Positions 29,105 to 38,518 are shown, numbered from the stretch's first letter. The stretch is 64,000 nucleotides of DNA from Candidatus Methanosuratincola verstraetei (GCA_049570475.1 CP186953.1:96001-160000); one strand, 5' to 3'. Notes: generated from the sequence alone by a model not told the origin. Numbers and translations: made by a program.

Positions 29105-31783
29105 TCAACTGCTGCCCACCCTCTTTATTATGATCACGGTGGACTTGACTGAGGGCAGGATCTTAGCAGCACCCGAGAGCGCCTGGATCAGGCTCACCAT
29201 AGCCGAGGTCTCTTCGGGTGTCTTGGCAGTAAGACGCCCGGATATTGCGCCCGTAAACTCAGCCTCGAGCTCGTACTCCACACCGTTGATCATCAGCTCG
29301 GTGGTCTTCTTGCTGAGGGCATCGTACAGATCCGAGATATTGGCAACTATAACTTCCCTTTCAGTGTGGGTAGTGGTCGTTGCGCCTACGCCTGCCGCAC
29401 CTCCGCCTATTGAGCCGATGCCCCCTGTTCCAATGCCCGTTGTCCTTGTGTCGATTCCCGCTGTGCCGGCACCAATGCCCGCAGCCGCCGTTATGCCAGC
29501 CATCCCTGTGTCCGCCTTCCCCCCGTCCGCTATCGCCTCCAGCCTCTTCAAGATCTCCATGGCCAGATCAGGCTTGACGATTGTGTCCCCGTCCTGTACC
29601 TCGTAAACCTCCCTGAAGTGGCACTTGTTGTACTTGGTGAGGTCCTGTAGAGGCGGCAGCACGCCTTCGAATGCACCGACAACCCCGTCCCTGACCCCGG
29701 CGCTCAGGATCTTCCTTAGGTCCTCCCGGAATGCGAACGGCAGGGTTGTCATGGTCTCGGCATCCTTGTAGAGGTCCCTAACGGGCACCCTGTCCCTCAC
29801 TCCCATCAGTTGGGGTATGTATACCGATGGGTCTATGGTGGAGGGGTCCGCCAGCTTCTGCTTCCGCCTGAGGTGGTCGACCAGCGCATCCGCAAAAGTA
29901 TTTCCCCTGGCAGGGTCTATCTTCTCTTGCTTTATGTTCGTCCCCGACAAGTACCAGACCTCGCTGTACATGTTCTTGAACGCGCTGAGTGCGTTCCCCT
30001 CGAATTGGTCCTTCAGGGCGCGTGCCTCGCCGTAGAGGGCTTTGTCAGCCCTCAATTCCTTTATGACCTTCTCCGCCCCCAGCACCTGCTTCGCATAATA
30101 AGTCAGGAGCCCCGCCTGATCTTTGTTCGGCAGGAGAGCGACGATGGTATTCTTATTGTTCGCGGTGATGCTCAGCGCGCCACTCAAGGCTACCTGCGGG
30201 TTGTCATCCCAGTACATGGCGACGAGGATGTTCAGCCTGTTCTCCGAAGGCGCGAATAATTTCGGATCGCTGAAGAATGCGCACCTGGCGTCGTCCTTGA
30301 AGACGATCTGGAAGAGCGTGTTCCTGACGTATTCCTTGACCTCGTGTTCCGTCACCTGGTTAGCCCGGGTCTTTATCATGTTGGGGACGTTCTGCTTTGA
30401 CTTGAAGAGGTACCTGCCTTCGCTCTTCCACACAAAGTCAGATTCCTTGTACAGGTTCTCCAGCAGCTTCTCCGCGTCATCCTTGGACTTCACCGTGGGC
30501 ACCATGCACCTGAAGAGGTTCTCTGGGAGTGCTCCCTTCTTGCTCTCCTCCGGGTGGAGCGAGTACATGAATACAGCCGAGGCTGCCCTCGCGTAGCTGC
30601 CGTAGGGGGCGCCGCCGTCCAGCCTCGTCCTGGCTGTCCCGAGTATGTCCTTCGTGACCGCCTGCTCCAGGTTGACCCCGAAGACCTTCTCGTTTGTCAG
30701 GATGGACTTCAGGTCCGGGTCGTCGAAGGGCATCTCTGAGGGCGAGATCATGTGGAATTCTGCCCTCTCGAGGTTCCTCAACACCCCCTTCACAGCCAGG
30801 GCCACTACCTTGAGCGAGTCCCTCGTCTTCTGGAAGCCCGGGAACTGGGATGCCCTCGTGTATAGGACATCGGTCAGGAGGGGGTGGAACGGGTAGCAGC
30901 CGCTGAAGTCCAGCCCCGCCCCTCCGACGAGCCTCCCGAGGCAGTTCTCGACTGCCTTTGCGGTGTAGTCGTCCACGTATTCAACCAGCCGCTTCTTCAG
31001 TATCGAGGGGAAGTCTGCAGCCTCCACTGGGACTATCGGTTCAGTGACGCGGCTGGTTATGGAGGTGAGCGCCAGGGCGGCGGACGCAGTCCTGCTCTTC
31101 TGCACCACCTGGTCAAGCTGCTCCGCCTCCTTCCCGTATGCAGCCGATCCGCTCGGGCTGCTTATCACCATGAGACAGCCAGGGGCGGACTTGACCGATT
31201 CCATGAGCGTGTGGAGGTGTGCCAACTCGGATGAGGCTTCGGACTCTTTTATCTTAGCCAAGTAGACTACCAGCTCGTCTATCAAGAAGACCACAGGCTT
31301 CCCAGCGGACTCGAGGGCGCTGACCGTTTCGTCCTTGGTCGGCTTCAGGTACTTGCCGAGGGACTGGTGCGAGGACATGGGGTATGCCAGGTTGTGCCCG
31401 TCCACCGCCACCATCTCGACTTCTGGGACCTCCCCCAGCGAGAGCTCCTCGAGTATGTGCGGGTCTATCACCCTCCTCGTTCTGAAAGTATGGTAGAGGA
31501 GCGAGAGCAGGTGGCTCTTCCCACCGCCGAAGCCCGTAGCCAGGTGGATTATTCCCTTATCCGATAGCTTGGCAGCCCTCGCCAGGCACCACCTCAGGAC
31601 GTCCCTCATCCTCTCGGTGAGGTATGTGTTGGAGAAGAGCTCGTCCGGGTCGGAGTATATCTTCCCCCTTCCGGCTATCACGTCTGAGAAGTTTACTTCG
31701 AACAGCTCCGGGGTGAAAGTCTTTATCCAGTCCTTGAATACAAGCTTCCCCTTGCTTACAGCTTCACGGATCGTTAGCGACAT
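29105..31783 (-). CDS. DUF499-family AAA+ ATPase
   Basis: F..TYLT, L.TGFGGGKSH Walker A, LIDELV.Y Walker B, YPFHP, FQKTR; ATG 31783 preferred to track 31891. Confidence 0.9.
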   Translation of the reverse strand: MSLTIREAVSKGKLVFKDWIKTFTPELFEVNFSDVIAGRGKIYSDPDELFSNTYLTERMRDVLRWCLARAAKLSDKGIIHLATGFGGGKSHLLSLLYHTFRTRRVIDPHILEELSLGEVPEVEMVAVDGHNLAYPMSSHQSLGKYLKPTKDETVSALESAGKPVVFLIDELVVYLAKIKESEASSELAHLHTLMESVKSAPGCLMVISSPSGSAAYGKEAEQLDQVVQKSRTASAALALTSITSRVTEPIVPVEAADFPSILKKRLVEYVDDYTAKAVENCLGRLVGGAGLDFSGCYPFHPLLTDVLYTRASQFPGFQKTRDSLKVVALAVKGVLRNLERAEFHMISPSEMPFDDPDLKSILTNEKVFGVNLEQAVTKDILGTARTRLDGGAPYGSYARAASAVFMYSLHPEESKKGALPENLFRCMVPTVKSKDDAEKLLENLYKESDFVWKSEGRYLFKSKQNVPNMIKTRANQVTEHEVKEYVRNTLFQIVFKDDARCAFFSDPKLFAPSENRLNILVAMYWDDNPQVALSGALSITANNKNTIVALLPNKDQAGLLTYYAKQVLGAEKVIKELRADKALYGEARALKDQFEGNALSAFKNMYSEVWYLSGTNIKQEKIDPARGNTFADALVDHLRRKQKLADPSTIDPSVYIPQLMGVRDRVPVRDLYKDAETMTTLPFAFREDLRKILSAGVRDGVVGAFEGVLPPLQDLTKYNKCHFREVYEVQDGDTIVKPDLAMEILKRLEAIADGGKADTGMAGITAAAGIGAGTAGIDTRTTGIGTGGIGSIGGGAAGVGATTTTHTEREVIVANISDLYDALSKKTTELMINGVEYELEAEFTGAISGRLTAKTPEETSAMVSLIQALSGAAKILPSVKSTVIIIKRVGSS

Positions 31784-31815
31784 GAGGCACACCGCAGGAT
31801 AATTTTGCGCTTTTT

Positions 31816-31830
31816 GTATATATACTTTAT
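31816..31830 (-). promoter_or_regulatory. BRE/TATA-like promoter of the DUF499 operon
   Basis: Minus strand ATAAAGTATATATAC about 30 nt upstream of ATG 31783. Confidence 0.5.
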
Positions 31831-32163
31831 AACGACGATTATTTTTCAATTTTAATTCCTTCCAATAAAACAGCACATTTAAAAACCTCAACTGTTTATC
31901 GAAAATTAACCATATACATTATAAGATAATTGAATAGTGCAAAAAATATGAGGCTAAGCGCATAATCAAAGCGGATTAAGACAGCCTCTATGGCTATGCC
32001 ATCGGTGATTGAGGACAAAGCTCTGATTCTCAAGTTGATTAAGATACGGAAGGATTGCCGCCTGAATCTTAAGTGCTTGGAAAAGCTATGGATTAATGGC
32101 AGAGGAGATCCGCGGTAAAGGGCTTCTGGAGTCGCCGGCGTAGGACCAGAAAGATTTCGGCAA

Positions 32164-32232
32164 ATGAACGCGTTTGTTGAGAACCGCTTCCCCCCGATTG
32201 AAATGATGGGGGCATCGAAGAGGGAAAAAAGA
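32164..32232 (+). pseudogene. Possible N-terminal stub of a second DUF1156 methylase
   Basis: MNAFVENRFPPIEMMGASKREKR matches the spacing of the recalled DUF1156 N-terminal motif [FL][IV]ExxFPxxExxxxSxREK, then runs into the lpdA 3' end. Confidence 0.4.
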
Positions 32233-32252
32233 CGGTTGCGGTTTTGCCTTTC

Positions 32253-33725
32253 TCATGCCTTTTTTTCGCTTCCAGCCCCGTGGAGCGGCTCGCCCAACGC
32301 CCCCTTCGCGCACTCCATCAGCGACTCCACCAGGGTCGGGTGCGGCATCACCGAAGACGCGATGTCCTCCAGGCTCAGCCCCTTCTGGACTGCAAGGACG
32401 CAGGCGCCGATCATGTCCGAGGCGTTCGCGCCGACGATCTGGGCCCCAATGATCCTCCCGCTCCCCTTCTCCGCGACGATCCTCACGAACCCCTCCGGGC
32501 GGTTCATTGTCATCGCCCTGGCAAGAGCCGCGAGCTGGAACGTCCCGGACACCGCATCAATCCCCCTCTTCGCAGCCTCCTGATCGTCGATCCCGACGAC
32601 CGCTATCTCAGGGTCGGAGTAGACGACGGACGGCACCGGGAGCGGATCCAGCCTCTCCCTCCTCCCCGCGATTATCTCAGCGACCTGGTACCCGTGGTCC
32701 GAGGCCCTGTGCGCCAGGTAAGGCACCCCGACCACGTCCCCCACCGCGAATACACCGGGGGCGCCCGTCTCCATCCTGGAGTTGACTGCCACGAAGCCCT
32801 TCCTGTCAAGCTGCACCCCAATCCTCTCAAGCCCGAGGCTGTCGGTGTTCGGCCTCCTGCCCACCGCGACGAGGACGCGCTCAGCCTCTATCGTGCTCCC
32901 GTCCGAGAGCGTCGCGGCGTACCACACTTCCGGCGATCCGCTGCAGCCGCTTCCTTGCTCTCCGCTCGATGATCCTCCCGCGGCTCCGCCTTCCTTTCCT
33001 TCCCCCTCTCTCCTCTCCAGCCCCACAATCTTCTTCCCTATCCGCATCTCGACGCCAAGCTTCGCCAGCGAGTCGTAGACTGGCTTCACGACGTCCGGGC
33101 ACCAGCCGGGGAGGAGCTGGTCCATGATCTCCACTATGTATACCTTCGATCCCATCTCCGCGAGCGCGGTAGCCATCTCAACGCCTATCACCCCTCCGCC
33201 GACTATGCATATCGACCTGGGGAGCCTCTTCATCGCGAATACTTCGTCGGAGCTTATCACGCCTTTGGCGTCGAACCTCACGTCCGGGAGGTCGTAAGGC
33301 CTCGATCCGGTCGCCACCACGAAATTCTCAGCGCTTATTACTTCCCCGGATGGCGCCACCTCCACAGCCCCCCTTGAGGCGAACCTGGCTTCACCCTTTA
33401 CGAAGTCCACCCCCCTGGACCTCAGCAGGAACTCGATGCCCTTCCTCGACCTCTCAACGACATACTTCGTCCAGGAGGAAACCCTCTCGAAGTTGAGGCT
33501 CACCTGAACGTCCAGCCCGGACCTGGAGGCCCTCTTTGCGTCCCTGATAGTCTTGGCGACCGAGAGGAAAGCCTTCATCGGTACGCACCCACGGTTTAGG
33601 CATGTGCCGCCGACCTGGTCCCTCTCTATGAGCGCAACCTTCTTCCCGAGCTGGGCGGACCGCAGGGCGCATACGTAACCCCCGGGGCCTCCGCCGATTA
33701 CCACGACGTCGTAGTGCTTCTCCAT
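32253..33725 (-). CDS. lpdA: Dihydrolipoyl dehydrogenase (E3)
   Basis: GGGPGGY, GGTCLNRGCVP redox disulfide, GGGVIGVE, GDV, HPTL.E; ATG 33725 (track 33857). Confidence 0.9.
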   Translation of the reverse strand: MEKHYDVVVIGGGPGGYVCALRSAQLGKKVALIERDQVGGTCLNRGCVPMKAFLSVAKTIRDAKRASRSGLDVQVSLNFERVSSWTKYVVERSRKGIEFLLRSRGVDFVKGEARFASRGAVEVAPSGEVISAENFVVATGSRPYDLPDVRFDAKGVISSDEVFAMKRLPRSICIVGGGVIGVEMATALAEMGSKVYIVEIMDQLLPGWCPDVVKPVYDSLAKLGVEMRIGKKIVGLERREGEGKEGGAAGGSSSGEQGSGCSGSPEVWYAATLSDGSTIEAERVLVAVGRRPNTDSLGLERIGVQLDRKGFVAVNSRMETGAPGVFAVGDVVGVPYLAHRASDHGYQVAEIIAGRRERLDPLPVPSVVYSDPEIAVVGIDDQEAAKRGIDAVSGTFQLAALARAMTMNRPEGFVRIVAEKGSGRIIGAQIVGANASDMIGACVLAVQKGLSLEDIASSVMPHPTLVESLMECAKGALGEPLHGAGSEKKA

Positions 33726-33960
33726 AAGGACACCAGCCGCAAACGGAACGAAATCAGATGTTGGAGAATGAATGGGTAGGAGGCGACAGAAAAAGCATTC
33801 GGTTCCCCCACAGAGTGCCAAAAACGCGCCATGGATCAATAACGGCGACCGTGCCAAGGCATCGAATGGAAGCTATACGAGGAGACGCCAAGAGAAGAGG
33901 GCGCTATCGAGGGCGCAGAAGAATGGCGTGGGATTGCGCGTATTTTCGACAGATATAAGC

Positions 33961-34401
33961 TCATTTTTTCAATATTCCAAGAAACTCGCCAACCGGCACG
34001 ATCCGGATCTTCTCATAACCGGCTTTTTTCAGCAGGTGCCTATCTCCGCTGACTATGTAGCCTGCGCCTGCTGCCAAGGCGCACTCGATGAACTTGTCGT
34101 CTGCAGGACGCTCGGCTATGAGTGTGACTTTCAGGCTCGCATTGACCAACTTGGAGATCCCAATTATGGTCTCAATCAGTTCTTCGTGGCGCATGCCTGC
34201 AGCCTCATAAACCCTTTTGATCTTGGGGTATTCCAAAACTTGGCTTATCTCCTCGATGATCTCCTTAGACGCGAAGATCTTGATCATTCCATCTTCTGCA
34301 GCATGCACCACCTCAGAAGGCCTTCCGCCCCAGATCAGCGCGGAGACCCAAACATTGGTATCAAGGACTGCCTTGGGCACGCGCTTCCTCGATGATGGCA
34401 T
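33961..34401 (-). CDS. PIN-domain toxin component
   Basis: VLDTNVWVSA, EE, DDKFIECA, IVSGD.HLL; overlaps the upstream AbrB gene. Confidence 0.88.
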   Translation of the reverse strand: MPSSRKRVPKAVLDTNVWVSALIWGGRPSEVVHAAEDGMIKIFASKEIIEEISQVLEYPKIKRVYEAAGMRHEELIETIIGISKLVNASLKVTLIAERPADDKFIECALAAGAGYIVSGDRHLLKKAGYEKIRIVPVGEFLGILKK

Positions 34402-34621
34402 CTATGTCCTGCTCCGAAAGCCCCATTTTTCTGACCTTTTCCCAAACAGGCTTCATGGCCTCCTCAAAGGACCTGTCAATCATTTTCTTGAGGACCACCG
34501 TGTCGCCTATGGCAACAACCAAGACTTTTTCGCCCTCCCTCAGACGGGCGGCTTTGCGTACATTCGCAGGTATGACCACTTGCCCTTTGGAGGAAATTTT
34601 AGTTGTGGACGCCTCGACCAC
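34361..34621 (-). CDS. AbrB/MazE/SpoVT-family antitoxin
   Basis: TKISSKGQVVIPANVRK...L.EG motif. Confidence 0.88.
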   Translation of the reverse strand: MVEASTTKISSKGQVVIPANVRKAARLREGEKVLVVAIGDTVVLKKMIDRSFEEAMKPVWEKVRKMGLSEQDIDAIIEEARAQGSP

Positions 34622-34874
34622 AAGCTCACCCCAATAAAGTAAGAAACTTCTTACTTATAGCAATAATGGAGCTGGGCATGATATTAAAAAAAGGGCTGGA
34701 CGCCAATTTGGCGGACAGGGAGCCAACCAGTCGGAAAAAGCAACACAATCTTCAGGAGAAAGGGCGCAAAGCGCTCCACGACAAGGCATAAAGTAAGGAT
34801 AAATCCATGCTGTTTTGATCAAAGCTGGAACAAATAAGATGAGGATGCAATCGGTTTTTGTAGCCACCGTGTGA

Positions 34875-35237
34875 TCAGCAGGCTTCGACGATCGAGAGGT
34901 TGTTGAGCCTCGCGCAGATCGCAGCCTCCTCCGCAGCCCCCTCGCCCTCGACGATGTACCTGTCAGTCTTCACCAGGCGGTCGTTCCTGAGCTCCACTCC
35001 CTTCTGCCTGTAGACCTTGAACCCGCGCCGCTTCAGCCCGCCTGCCATCATCCTGTACACCTTGGCAGGGAGGTCGATCATCGTCGGGGAGTAGATCACG
35101 ATCTCGTCCTCGTGCCAGACGAGGTCGTCGATCTCCTCGACCAGCGGGCGGCCCAAAGAGAGATCCCTCTTCTCCGCCTCCTCCTCAGCCTCGTCGATTA
35201 TCTTCTTCAGCGACTTCCTCGGCTTCCGCCTGGGCAT
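34875..35237 (-). CDS. Hypothetical protein (120 aa)
   Basis: Host-like codon usage from ATG 35237 (MPRRKPRKS); TTTTTATAAG TATA-like box just upstream. Confidence 0.7.
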   Translation of the reverse strand: MPRRKPRKSLKKIIDEAEEEAEKRDLSLGRPLVEEIDDLVWHEDEIVIYSPTMIDLPAKVYRMMAGGLKRRGFKVYRQKGVELRNDRLVKTDRYIVEGEGAAEEAAICARLNNLSIVEAC

Positions 35238-35648
35238 CTGCAGCACCTTATAAAAATACTCGGCGGAGGGGGGATTTAGGGTTTTGGGTGGGGGCAGTTC
35301 AGCCATTCCCAATGAAGAAATGAAAAGATTCCAAAAAGTGTAGAATGAAAAAGAACAAAGAACGGAATCAGCCGATTGGGTCGGAACAAGGTTCAAGCTG
35401 AAACTGAGCATAATTGTTCATGGCATCCGGCAAGATGCGCCGATCAGCCCGCCTGAAAGAGGCGTTTCAATTTGAGGGCGAGGAAAATGACCTTTTTATG
35501 CCAGGATCTGATCATCTTCCGTCAGACTGCCAGATGGAGGGCTCGTCAGCAACGGGACTGCTCCAGAACCCCACCGGAGGGCCGGCGCAGTACCAATTGG
35601 GTGATTACAAGAGCACAAATGCCCAGCAGCAAACGGGCATTTGGGTCG

Positions 35649-35661
35649 AAATAGAAAAAAA
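35649..35661 (-). terminator. Oligo-T archaeal terminator after ybjQ
   Basis: Minus strand TTTTTTTCTATTT just after the stop, followed by hairpin CAAATGCCC/GGGCATTTG (about 35616-35643). Confidence 0.4.
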
Positions 35662-35666
35662 GCAGC

Positions 35667-35996
35667 TCATTCCTTCTCGAGAACGACCGCGGTCCCGTAG
35701 GCGAAGACCTCCGCGGCTCCGGCAGCCACCGACGCGGTCATGAACCTGATCCCGATGACGCCGTTAGCGCCCATCTCCTTTGCGTTCTGGATCATCCCCT
35801 TCAGGGCGATGTCCCTAGCCTCGGCGAGCATCTCGGTGTATTCCTTAACCTCGCCGCCGACGATGTTCCTCAGCCCGGCCACAATGTCCTTCCCTAGGTG
35901 CTTCGCCCTCACGGTCGCACCCCTAGCTATCCCGAGTATCTTTGCGACCCTGAAGCCCGGGACCTGCTCGGTTGTTGTTACGATTATGTCCTCCAT
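35667..35996 (-). CDS. YbjQ / UPF0145 family protein
   Basis: IVTTTE.VPG, GLRNIVGGE...YT.ML..AR, GANGVIG.RF, AYGTAV; ATG 35996. Confidence 0.9.
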   Translation of the reverse strand: MEDIIVTTTEQVPGFRVAKILGIARGATVRAKHLGKDIVAGLRNIVGGEVKEYTEMLAEARDIALKGMIQNAKEMGANGVIGIRFMTASVAAGAAEVFAYGTAVVLEKE

Positions 35997-36265
35997 TGTC
36001 GACACCTTTGGAATTAGGTGATTGATCAGGAGATTTATCTTTTGCGACCTATTTTGATGGCACCAACTTTCGATCCAGAAAGCCATGCTACCGCCAGTTT
36101 TTGTCTGCCGCCAGAATGCCTGAGGGGTTGCAATTTTTGGATCGAGCCCTTCTGGGCGCGGTTGTCCGCAAGGAAGCCCAAAACCGCTTGTCCGAGATCC
36201 TGTCATATATGAAGGTCGAAATTTTTTAGAACGCCAGAGAACAAATTGAATATGTTTTGATGTGC

Positions 36266-37411
36266 CTATATCAGGAATCCTAAGAGAGGATTAAATGTAG
36301 CACTTTTTGTTTCGGCAACTGATTCGAATATCCGAATTCCTCTTTCAGGATCCCTGTTCTGCGCCTTGATCCACTCCTCCAGTTTTTCGATTGCCTTGCC
36401 GGACCCTATGGCCTCAAAGGCGACAGCTGCACCGTCGGCGATTGAGTCAGACTTCCCTGAGAGGTAAATCAGGGCACCTGCATTCGCAGCCGTCATCGCA
36501 GCCTTGGGGCGATCCTCGCCTGAAAGCGCCCTTATCAGCGCCCTCGCCTCGCCCTTTGGGTCCGAGGATGCCAAGATCTCTGACTCGTCCACGGAAGCAC
36601 AAACGCCTACATCCTTGGGGGCTAACTCATAAGTCGATATTGTACCATCATCGAAGAGCTCGGCTACGTATGTCTCCCCGATGATCGAGACCTCGTCGAT
36701 GCTCTTCCCTGTCCTGCTGCTGGTGCCGCTTACCACGAGCGCCCGCTTGTACCCTATCTCGCGCATCACCTCGGCGACAGGGAGAAGGAGATTGCGGCTG
36801 TATATGCCCCGGAGGCCTATCCTCGGCATTGCTGGGTTTGCCAACGATGCGGCGATATTCAATACTGAGCCGAACCGTATGTCCTTCAGGATCCTGGCGA
36901 GGCCGGGGTGGAGCGCCGGGTTCATCCCGTTGAATATGCCTATGTTGCAGCGCTCTATGCTCTTCTTCACGCACTCTACTGGGCAGTCTACATCAATGCC
37001 CAGCGCCTCTGCAACATCTATAGCCCCGCACTTCGAGGTGATCGCTCGCGCTGCGTGCTTGACAACCGGGATTCCGCAGCTTGCAGCGACGATGGAAGAG
37101 GCTGTGCTCACATTGAAGGTCTTCAGATCGTCCATACCGGTGCCGCTGTTCTCCACGAGCTTCATGCCAGGGATCTCGACCTTGGGCGTGTCATATTCAT
37201 AGACTGCCTCCCAGCAGCCTGCTACCTCCTCCGCAGTAGGGCCCTTGGCAGTGAGGGCCGCAAGGAAAGCCCCTGAAGGTATATCGGGTTGCTCATGGAA
37301 CAGGACCTGCCGCATCATCTCCTTCACTTCTTGCCTGCTCAAGTTCCTCCTCTTTATCAACGCATCCACCTTTAGCCCAAAACCTTTAAGCGGGGACTCT
37401 CCTCCAACCAT
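36266..37411 (-). CDS. Anthranilate phosphoribosyltransferase-like protein (divergent TrpD family)
   Basis: GAFLAAL..KG, ENSGTGMD..KTFNVST, KH..R.ITSKCG..D..E.LG, N...SLANP, DE.S; no other trp genes nearby; start uncertain. Confidence 0.8.
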   Translation of the reverse strand: MVGGESPLKGFGLKVDALIKRRNLSRQEVKEMMRQVLFHEQPDIPSGAFLAALTAKGPTAEEVAGCWEAVYEYDTPKVEIPGMKLVENSGTGMDDLKTFNVSTASSIVAASCGIPVVKHAARAITSKCGAIDVAEALGIDVDCPVECVKKSIERCNIGIFNGMNPALHPGLARILKDIRFGSVLNIAASLANPAMPRIGLRGIYSRNLLLPVAEVMREIGYKRALVVSGTSSRTGKSIDEVSIIGETYVAELFDDGTISTYELAPKDVGVCASVDESEILASSDPKGEARALIRALSGEDRPKAAMTAANAGALIYLSGKSDSIADGAAVAFEAIGSGKAIEKLEEWIKAQNRDPERGIRIFESVAETKSATFNPLLGFLI

Positions 37412-37492
37412 TGTGACCACTATGGATGGATATTCCATCCATAGAAATATAAAAATTGCGGGTCTTGGGGGAGCATGCATACGGCAAAAAGA

Positions 37493-38518
37493 TCAGTTAG
37501 TTACAACTGCCCTCAGCTGCTTTTTCTCCTCAGCGGATCTGAGGCCCTCCTCAATATCATCCAGCCTGACAGCCCTTACCGTCAGCCAATCCAAGCTCAG
37601 ATCCTTGGCTAAAAGGTTGATCGCCATCCTATTATGGGATGATGTGCACCCGTAAGCCCCGACCAACATCTTCTCCTCGTAGTGGATTGAGTTCAGATCA
37701 ATATTTTTAATGGACTCCGAATCAGGCAGCCCCGAAAAAAGGCATAGCCTCCCGCCCTTAGCGAGCAAATCGAAGACGGGGTAAAGCGCTGCCGCACCCC
37801 CGAAAGCGGGGATTATTGCATCTGCCCCCCTGCCGTCGGTCTCCTCGTGTACCACCTCCACCAAATCCTCACTGCCCGGGTCAATCACCCTATCAGCGCC
37901 TGCCTTCTTTGCAAGTTCTGTCCTTTCCCTCATCACCTCGGCGACCAATACGCGGGCGCCTCTCAGCTTCGCAATCGACGCATTGAGCAGCCCCATTGTG
38001 CCAGCGCCCAAGATGAGCACAGTGTCATCCGGGGATATGCCGAGTTTCTCTGCGCAGTTGAGGCAGCATGCCAAGGGCTCCGTGAGAGTTGCCTTTTCGT
38101 AGCCCAGGGTCGAGGGGATTCTGTTCAGTCCTGCCATCCTGACCGACTCAGGAGGGACCTTCATCATTTCGGCAAATCCGCCGTCATAAGAGAATCCGAT
38201 GATTTTGATCTTTGAGCAAAGATTATCCCTGCCCGTCCTGCAGTTGCGGCATTCCCCGCAGACCACTCCTGGAAATATCTGGACGCGGTCCCCCGCCGAG
38301 AAGGCATCAGTCCTGCTCTCGATGACCACGCCAACAACTTCATGCCCCAATATCCTGGGGCATCGGAGGTCCCTTTGCCCCTTCCTCCACATCTTCACAT
38401 CGGTGCTGCATATCCCGCATGCCTTCACGCCTATCACTAGACCTCCAGGATCTGCTACGGGATCATCTACATTCTTAATAGCGATTTTTCCAACCGACAC
38501 AAGGACTGCTGCCTTCAT
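37493..38518 (-). CDS. Zn-dependent medium-chain dehydrogenase (iditol/threonine dehydrogenase-like)
   Basis: CGICSTD, GHE, C..C..C.......C structural Zn site, EPLAC, GAGTMG Rossmann motif; ATG 38518. Confidence 0.9.
   Translation of the reverse strand: MKAAVLVSVGKIAIKNVDDPVADPGGLVIGVKACGICSTDVKMWRKGQRDLRCPRILGHEVVGVVIESRTDAFSAGDRVQIFPGVVCGECRNCRTGRDNLCSKIKIIGFSYDGGFAEMMKVPPESVRMAGLNRIPSTLGYEKATLTEPLACCLNCAEKLGISPDDTVLILGAGTMGLLNASIAKLRGARVLVAEVMRERTELAKKAGADRVIDPGSEDLVEVVHEETDGRGADAIIPAFGGAAALYPVFDLLAKGGRLCLFSGLPDSESIKNIDLNSIHYEEKMLVGAYGCTSSHNRMAINLLAKDLSLDWLTVRAVRLDDIEEGLRSAEEKKQLRAVVTN

Noticed and set aside
9928-31783. Inteins in HerA, Rad50, the SNF2 helicase or the DUF499 ATPase
   Set aside because: Lengths are normal or short; insertions are low-complexity linkers without C...HN-[CST] splice motifs
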